Part shown: positions 17,888 to 23,463 of the stretch, piece by piece
Position numbering within the stretch: the first letter of the stretch is position 1
Layout: each line of letters starts with the position of its first letter
Source: Acidobacteriota bacterium
GTDB taxonomy: Bacteria > Acidobacteriota > UBA6911 > JACQSX01
NCBI GenBank assembly: GCA_036507075.1
Contig: DASXQR010000200.1
Location: 1-23,463 of the forward strand
Direction: 5' to 3'
DNA: 23,463 nucleotides
The notes under the pieces: generated by a model
The model's input: the letters and a program-made list of their open reading frames with translations, nothing else
What the model was told of the DNA's origin: nothing
The model's database searches: none
Translations under genes and position numbers: made by a program

Positions 17888-19597
17888 ATGCGTAAGAAAG
17901 CTATCCTTTCCGCCCTGGTTCTTTCCCTGGCAGTCTCGGCAGATCTGTTTTCGGGTGACAGGCCGGTGCTGGCGGACAAGTACAGACGCTGGCTCAACGA
18001 GGAGGTCGTCTACATCATTTCCGGGCGGGAGCGAAAAGGTTTTCTCGCATTGGCGACGGACACGGAGCGCGAAAACTTCATAGAAAGATTCTGGCAGGCG
18101 CGCGACCCGGATTCGGCCACCGAGGAAAACGAATACCGGCGCGAGCATTATGACCGGATCCGTTACGCGAATGAAAAATTCGATGACGCCGTAGATGGCT
18201 GGCGAACAGAGCGCGGCCGCGTCTACATCATCCATGGCCCGCCCGACAGCATCTCTTTTGCTTTCGGCGGAAATCCCCTCTACATTGACATCGAAAACCC
18301 GACTTCCGTAATCACCGGAGATTCCAACCCCGACAGACGGAAGAGATATCGCCTCTCATTTACGACTCCGGAAACGGAGATCTGGGTATATCACCGGCTC
18401 GGCGGAGCGCAGAACTTCACCGGGTATTTTGAGGTGATATTTTCGCGGCTGGATGCTTCACAGCTCTACCAGCTCAACCAGGTGCTGAGACATATAGGTC
18501 CCGCCTCTCTGGTCGGCCAGCGGGTGCAGCGTGACTACGAAATCATGAATTTCCTGCGCGGACAGCGTATCGGCGGCCCTTACCGTATTCTCTATGCAGG
18601 AGAGTACAAGTTTCCGGATGTAGACGCGCTTTATGACAGCGCGTTCCATCCTTTTAAGCTGCCTTCCCTGAGCGTGATGGATTTCCAGTTGGGTCTTCAG
18701 GATCTGGAAAAACCGCCCGGGGAAATCCTCGAGCAGAAGCTGGCGCTTTCGCGACAGCTCAAGGAGCGTATCAAGTCGCGTATCTTCTTTCAGAAGCTCT
18801 CGCTCAATGTGTACTGCGGCTCGGTGCGGTCGGATCAGGGCGGGACATTGATTCCGCTGACAATAAGTTTCGGGCCGGAGCAAGCGGGAGATACGGTCGA
18901 CCTGCTTGTCGAGTTGTCGCGTCCAGATGGAAGAACGGTTGCCAGCTTTGTAGACTCGATCAAGATCGCATCGAAGGATGCCGGCCAGGCGGCTGCCGCA
19001 TTCCTTTTCCAGACCCGGTTGCTCGCGCACGCCGGCCGATACAAGTTATTCGTCTACGCCAGTGCGAGAGACAAGCCTGCCGCGGCGCAGTTTTCTCAGG
19101 ACATGAACCTGCCCGATTATTCCGGCAGCGAGCTTGCGATGAGCGATGTCCTGCTGTTTCAGAAAGCGGTGCCGCGCGAGCAATTTGCACACGAAGTCTC
19201 CGTCGATGATTCTCTCCCTAAATTCGTGGGCGGTGCCGCGCCATTGCATCTGAAAGACTTTGTGCTTGTCCCTGCTGCTGCCCCCCGTTTTCGCCGCCGT
19301 GAAAACCTGACCGCATTTTTCGAGGTTTACAATCCGGGTCTGAACGGTCGTCAGCCCGACCTGCAGGTAAAATGCAGGTTTTGGAAAGGCGGGGAGCTGC
19401 TGGCCGCTGTTCCTGACAAGTTCTTGAGTTACGTAACCGAGACTCAAGATAAGGGGCGTGCAGAAATGAGCACGGCTTACGGGCTGACCATACCGCTTCG
19501 GACGTTTTATCCCGGCGAGTATTCCCTGGAGCTGGAGGTTTTCGACCGAATCCTGAATCGCAATGTCACACGCCAAACAACATTTACCGTCTATTAG
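17888..19597 (+). CDS. GWxTD domain-containing exported protein (paralogue 2)
   Basis: Signal peptide MRKKAIL..; RWLNEEVVYII, FIERFW, REHYDRI.YAN, GWRTERGRVYIIHGPP; TATAAT at 17853-17858 upstream. Confidence 0.9.
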   Translation: MRKKAILSALVLSLAVSADLFSGDRPVLADKYRRWLNEEVVYIISGRERKGFLALATDTERENFIERFWQARDPDSATEENEYRREHYDRIRYANEKFDDAVDGWRTERGRVYIIHGPPDSISFAFGGNPLYIDIENPTSVITGDSNPDRRKRYRLSFTTPETEIWVYHRLGGAQNFTGYFEVIFSRLDASQLYQLNQVLRHIGPASLVGQRVQRDYEIMNFLRGQRIGGPYRILYAGEYKFPDVDALYDSAFHPFKLPSLSVMDFQLGLQDLEKPPGEILEQKLALSRQLKERIKSRIFFQKLSLNVYCGSVRSDQGGTLIPLTISFGPEQAGDTVDLLVELSRPDGRTVASFVDSIKIASKDAGQAAAAFLFQTRLLAHAGRYKLFVYASARDKPAAAQFSQDMNLPDYSGSELAMSDVLLFQKAVPREQFAHEVSVDDSLPKFVGGAAPLHLKDFVLVPAAAPRFRRRENLTAFFEVYNPGLNGRQPDLQVKCRFWKGGELLAAVPDKFLSYVTETQDKGRAEMSTAYGLTIPLRTFYPGEYSLELEVFDRILNRNVTRQTTFTVY

Positions 19598-21317
19598 TCG
19601 CCGGCAGCGACCGGATACTGGCCAGCTGACTTTGCCGGCACCCACTTGTGAAAGGCTGGCTTGGTGCCTTGGTGGTTCATTTTTTTCAACCACAAAGGCA
19701 CCAAGCCAGCGAACATTGATGGTTGTGTTGCTCGCGATTTTTTGCGCCGTCCTGCCGTGCGATTTGAATGCGAAGACAAACTATAAGAAGTGGCTCGAAG
19801 AGGAAGTTGTCTGGATCATATCCAATGCCGAACGCGAAAAGTTTCGCCAACTGAAGGATGACTCGACACGCGAAGCGTTCATCGAGGAGTTTTGGCGCCG
19901 CCGCGATCCAACTCCTTCAACACCGCGAAACGAATACAAGGAAGAGCACTACCGGCGCCTTTTGTACGCCACCAGGATGTTCCAGGAAGGAATCCCGGGC
20001 TGGAAGAGCGACCGGGGACGGGTTTACATACTGCATGGTCCTCCGGATCGCGAGCAATTCTTCCGCTCCCTTTCCACCATCAGCCTGAATCAGAGAGTTC
20101 CGTCGACCCATCGCACGCCCAACACCATAGTTTGGAGTTATCACAAGAACAATTCCGCGCGGTATTACAAGGGAGAGATTCGGTTGGTTTTCCAACCCTC
20201 GTCCGGTCTGACGCGGCAGAACTTTGTAATGGGCGAATCTAAGACAGCGCAGGAAAAAGCTGACCAGCTTGCGGCACTGTTTGGTCCGGCTGCGGATCAG
20301 AACTGGATGGAAGCCGATGTGCGATATCAATTGATCGTGGCCGGCCCTCCAGCGCTGATGAATGCCAGAGGTGCCGACATACCGAACGCGGGCGGCGGCG
20401 AGGTTGCCCATTATATGGACGATCTGTTTCGCTCACCCGGAGAAATTCTGGAAGAGCAGCGGAAAGAAATCGAACGGCGGGAACAGTCACGGTCCGAACT
20501 TCGCCAGTCGGTGAGCAGCAAAGTCAGTTTTGAATTGAAAGATTTCTATGTTTCGCATCAGTCTTTTTTCCAGAAGGGCCGCGACTGGCTGATCCCGCTG
20601 ACCGTCGAGATCCCGCTCAAGGGGCTGAAGGACGAAAAGATAGATCTTTATGCGGCGCTGCTGGCCGGCGGCGGGAAGATCTTCGATGAGTTTCTCGACT
20701 CGGTCGAGGTCGACGGTTCTCGCCCCGAGCGAAGCGATAGCGATCGGCTTAAATACCTGAACGTGTTTTCCGCGCCTTCGGGCGATTACACGCTGCGGGT
20801 GGTGATCCGTGAAGTAAAAGCTCGAAGATCAGGCTACCGCGACGTCCCGGTGCGCCTGTCGGCGGGCGATGCGCCCAAACTGAGACTTGGTTCTGTGATG
20901 GTGACCAATCGGATCGAAGTTGATGCGCTTTCCGATTTGGCAGGCCCCGATTTGAACATTGGCCCCGATTTCAAACCAAACACCGTGATTTTCAACGGCA
21001 CGCGCCTGATTCCCAATCCGTCCGGAAGCTTCCATTCGGGCGAAAACCTGTTCATTTACCTGCAGGTCTGGACTGCACGTCCCGGGAGCGAGATTTCTCT
21101 CAGCGCCAACTTTATACAGAACGGCCAAATCGTCAAAAGGCTTCCGCCTCGCGCGCTGCAGAAATCCGAGACAAACTTTCTGGAGTATGGAACGGTGATT
21201 CCGCTGACCGGCTTTGAGTCGGGCCAGTACATACTGCAGATTCAAATGCTGGATCCGGCCACCAAGGAATTCGCAATTCAAAGAACGGCCTTGAGTATCT
21301 CAGACGGCGGTCAGTAG
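19563..21317 (+). CDS. GWxTD domain-containing exported protein (paralogue 3); start uncertain (ATG 19563 or ATG 19719)
   Basis: KWLEEEVVWII, FIEEFW, EEHYRR, GWKSDRGRVYILHGPP; the hydrophobic signal core begins near 19716. Confidence 0.85.
   Translation: MSHAKQHLPSISRRQRPDTGQLTLPAPTCERLAWCLGGSFFSTTKAPSQRTLMVVLLAIFCAVLPCDLNAKTNYKKWLEEEVVWIISNAEREKFRQLKDDSTREAFIEEFWRRRDPTPSTPRNEYKEEHYRRLLYATRMFQEGIPGWKSDRGRVYILHGPPDREQFFRSLSTISLNQRVPSTHRTPNTIVWSYHKNNSARYYKGEIRLVFQPSSGLTRQNFVMGESKTAQEKADQLAALFGPAADQNWMEADVRYQLIVAGPPALMNARGADIPNAGGGEVAHYMDDLFRSPGEILEEQRKEIERREQSRSELRQSVSSKVSFELKDFYVSHQSFFQKGRDWLIPLTVEIPLKGLKDEKIDLYAALLAGGGKIFDEFLDSVEVDGSRPERSDSDRLKYLNVFSAPSGDYTLRVVIREVKARRSGYRDVPVRLSAGDAPKLRLGSVMVTNRIEVDALSDLAGPDLNIGPDFKPNTVIFNGTRLIPNPSGSFHSGENLFIYLQVWTARPGSEISLSANFIQNGQIVKRLPPRALQKSETNFLEYGTVIPLTGFESGQYILQIQMLDPATKEFAIQRTALSISDGGQ
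19655..19710. repeat. 23-bp-stem hairpin related to family B, at the 5' end of GWxTD paralogue 3
   Basis: GCTGGCTTGGTGCCTTGGTGGTT, 10 nt, AACCACAAAGGCACCAAGCCAGC; one mismatch. Confidence 0.85.
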
Positions 21318-21318
21318 G

Positions 21319-21593
21319 CGGTCATCCGTCATCCGTCATCGGTCATTGGTTACGGTAGGGATGATTGATCCTGAGTGAACTCAAAATTGCATTCACCGCA
21401 GAGCCGCAAAGGGCGCCGAGTTCCGCCGAGGTCCCTATCTCTGCGCAGACTCTGCATTCTTTGCGACTCCGCGGTGAAATGGGGTCGACCGTCTTGGCAG
21501 AAACTTTCGCTGCCATCGGACAAAACCGATCTGGCCGTTACGGGCAACCAGCCGAGTGATGAGTATTGACCGATGACGGATGACCGATGACCC
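21319..21593. repeat. Nested element: inverted (CCGTCAT/CGGTCAT)n arrays enclosing a family-B doublet
   Basis: Four heptamers at 21319-21346 and four inverted heptamers at 21566-21593; inner arms TTCACCGCAGAGCCGCAAAG.. (21392-21420) and ..CTTTGCGACTCCGCGGTGAA (21450-21478). Confidence 0.88.
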
Positions 21594-21596
21594 CCT

Positions 21597-23270
21597 CTAA
21601 GGCACCTTGAACTCTTGCACTGCTGCGCCCAGCGAACCACTGAGCCTGTCTTCCACCACCATCACCAGCTTGTACTGTCCTGATTGAAGGGCCAGCTCGT
21701 CTTGCATCAGCAGGGGCTGATTCGCCAATTGCGCCATCTGCTCGCGCGTCAGTGCCAGGTTGAATCCCTTTGAGATCAAAACGTCCTTGGATACCGGCTT
21801 TCCCGCTGAGTCATACACCATTCCCCGAAATAGAATCTCACCCTGGAATTTGTCTGAAGCAGGTCGAAAACGGATCTGGGCCCCCGGCACACCCGCCACT
21901 ACCCGGGTCTTGCCTCTGGCTGGTTCAATCTGCACCAGGGGAGAAAGCTGCGAGAACAGTTCGGGGCGGCTGAAAGCGGTGTTCAACTTTGCATTGCGGA
22001 CCGTTTCTTCCGGCAGGTCAAGGTATCCCTTGCGGGAGCGAATGTAGAGGCCCGGCCGGCTGGTGCGGACGTTGAGACGGTGAAACTCGCCGGCTTTGCG
22101 CTTGGCACTGGGAACATAACCGGCCAGATAATAATTCTGCTGTTCGGCCGTCGAATACTGCAACACCACGCCCAGATTGTTGGTGTTGTAAAAAGCCATG
22201 CCATTTGTGCCGGCTGCCAGAGCGATTAATGTGTTCCGCGCACTATCAATGTTTCTGATGTCCATTTCTGTAAAGGAGGCAATAACTGCGCCTTCGTCAA
22301 ATAACAGTCCACTGGTAACGCCGACGTCCACATTTCCACTGCGCGACGCCTGACCGACACCTGCGACCGCCACCAGGCCTCTCGCATCGATGGTGTAGAA
22401 GCTCACTCCAAATTTGTTTGCCAGCGTGACGACTTCACGAACAGCGCCGAGCACGTTTGGATTCTTAAATCTTCCCTCTTCCCGGGCAAGAGCCTGTCGC
22501 ACTTCCGCCGACTGCTGTCCGGCGGCCAGACGCTGGCGCTGAGAGGTGGCTTCGGCGAGCGGATCCATCGGGTAGCCTTCCGTGAAAAAAACTACGTGCT
22601 TTCGTCCCGGTCGCCCCGAAAGGGCATAACAAAGCAAAGTCAGAGCTTCGCGCACATAGCGAACCTGCAATGACAAGTCATCAAAATACGCCTCGCTCAG
22701 AATATTGCGCTCATCCAGCGGATTGAAAACTGACTGCGGACGGAGCTTGTTCACCGCGGCCAGCAGCGTATTTTTGTCTCTGGTCATTGGGGAGAGCGTA
22801 TTTAAGCCGCGACTTACTTCGGCGATCATCACAGCGTGTCCGGCCGCAAGGTTATGCTCGATGAAATTCCTTATCGCGTTGCTTGCGTGGACGAAATTGT
22901 TCGAATCAATGGCGCGACTGTCGATTACGATTGCGGTTGCCGGTTGCTCCTCGCTGGCTTTGGCGGTTCCAGGCGCAGCACCGACCTCGCCGGGCCTGAC
23001 TAGATCGCCGCTGTCCGCGGCTCGCTGGCCGGACGCCGATGGCTGCAGGAAGAAATCGATCGCTTGTTTCTTATCGTCTTCGTAAACGTCAATTTCTTGC
23101 TGCTTGAGGTCGCTGACAAAGCGCCCCTGTTTGTCGACGGCGACAAAATCGACGGTCACCCGCTCCGCCGTGATTCTGAAAACGGGAAGCTGTTTCTGGG
23201 TTTGGCTGAAGAGACAAACAAAGGAGATTAGGAAGAAAAGCAGCGACCAAAAAATAGAAGGCTTACGCAT
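21597..23270 (-). CDS. VWA domain-containing exported protein (acidobacterial VWFA-related type)
   Basis: Signal peptide; VTVDFVAVDKQGRFVSDL....VYEDDKKQ; GRKHVVFFTEG; FYTIDARGL; LAAGTNG; YYLAGYVP..GEFH.L.V..RSRKGY; beta-rich C-terminal module. Confidence 0.9.
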   Translation of the reverse strand: MRKPSIFWSLLFFLISFVCLFSQTQKQLPVFRITAERVTVDFVAVDKQGRFVSDLKQQEIDVYEDDKKQAIDFFLQPSASGQRAADSGDLVRPGEVGAAPGTAKASEEQPATAIVIDSRAIDSNNFVHASNAIRNFIEHNLAAGHAVMIAEVSRGLNTLSPMTRDKNTLLAAVNKLRPQSVFNPLDERNILSEAYFDDLSLQVRYVREALTLLCYALSGRPGRKHVVFFTEGYPMDPLAEATSQRQRLAAGQQSAEVRQALAREEGRFKNPNVLGAVREVVTLANKFGVSFYTIDARGLVAVAGVGQASRSGNVDVGVTSGLLFDEGAVIASFTEMDIRNIDSARNTLIALAAGTNGMAFYNTNNLGVVLQYSTAEQQNYYLAGYVPSAKRKAGEFHRLNVRTSRPGLYIRSRKGYLDLPEETVRNAKLNTAFSRPELFSQLSPLVQIEPARGKTRVVAGVPGAQIRFRPASDKFQGEILFRGMVYDSAGKPVSKDVLISKGFNLALTREQMAQLANQPLLMQDELALQSGQYKLVMVVEDRLSGSLGAAVQEFKVP

Positions 23271-23315
23271 GTGAAACCTCGTTTGGAATGATTCAAGAAT
23301 TCTACTTTACAGCAG

Positions 23316-23353
23316 AAAAACAAAAAAGGGCACAAGCCTGGGCTTGTGCCCTT
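23316..23353 (-). terminator. Probable Rho-independent terminator upstream of the VWA gene
   Basis: Minus strand reads AAGGGCACAAGC-CCAG-GCTTGTGCCCTT followed by TTTTGTTTTT. Confidence 0.65.
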
Positions 23354-23386
23354 GGTGTTGACATTGTGCCTTGGGCGTGGACATTT

Positions 23387-23463
23387 GTAGAGACGGCCCG
23401 CTGGGCCGTCTCCTGCAGAAAACTTTTGTCAGCTGGTTGCAGGAGACGGCCCAGCGGGCCGTC
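23387..23463. repeat. GTAG-family REP doublet, truncated by the window end
   Basis: GTAGAGACGGCCCGCTGGGCCGTCTCCTGCA (23387-23417) and inverted TGCAGGAGACGGCCCAGCGGGCCGTC (23438-23463). Confidence 0.9.

Noticed and set aside
17643..18083. Small ORFs across the Sulf-3/GWxTD-2 gap
   Set aside because: They contain REP-derived peptides (VETARWAVS, GDGPLGRLY) and overlap real genes.
21350..21640. Small ORFs between GWxTD-3 and the VWA gene
   Set aside because: Translations of nested repeat DNA.

Overview
Bacterial chromosomal window, moderately GC-rich. Gene content (GWxTD proteins, an acidobacterial-type VWA protein, an Oar-like TonB-dependent receptor) suggests Acidobacteriota (inference). The left 5.5 kb is housekeeping-like: a membrane-TPR protein, class I FBP aldolase (fbaB), an MDR oxidoreductase, DUF2203, a SnoaL/NTF2 protein and a cold-shock protein. 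From 5760 to 23270 lies a ~17.5 kb cluster of eight predicted exported or envelope proteins: three GWxTD paralogues, three sulfatase-like+TPR paralogues, one TonB-dependent receptor with a candidate sigma-54 promoter and its own terminator, and one VWA protein. All three 'sulfatases' carry T-x-P-x-H instead of the formylglycine signature (C/S)-x-P-x-R. Most intergenic gaps hold palindromic repeats of three kinds: GTAG-type REP doublets, ~9-bp-period inverted elements and inverted heptamer arrays. Several are nested, and several are read in frame as parts of proteins, including a 174-bp MITE-like insert in one sulfatase-like gene. No rRNA, tRNA, CRISPR array or transposase was recognised. All family calls come from motif recognition, not database searches.
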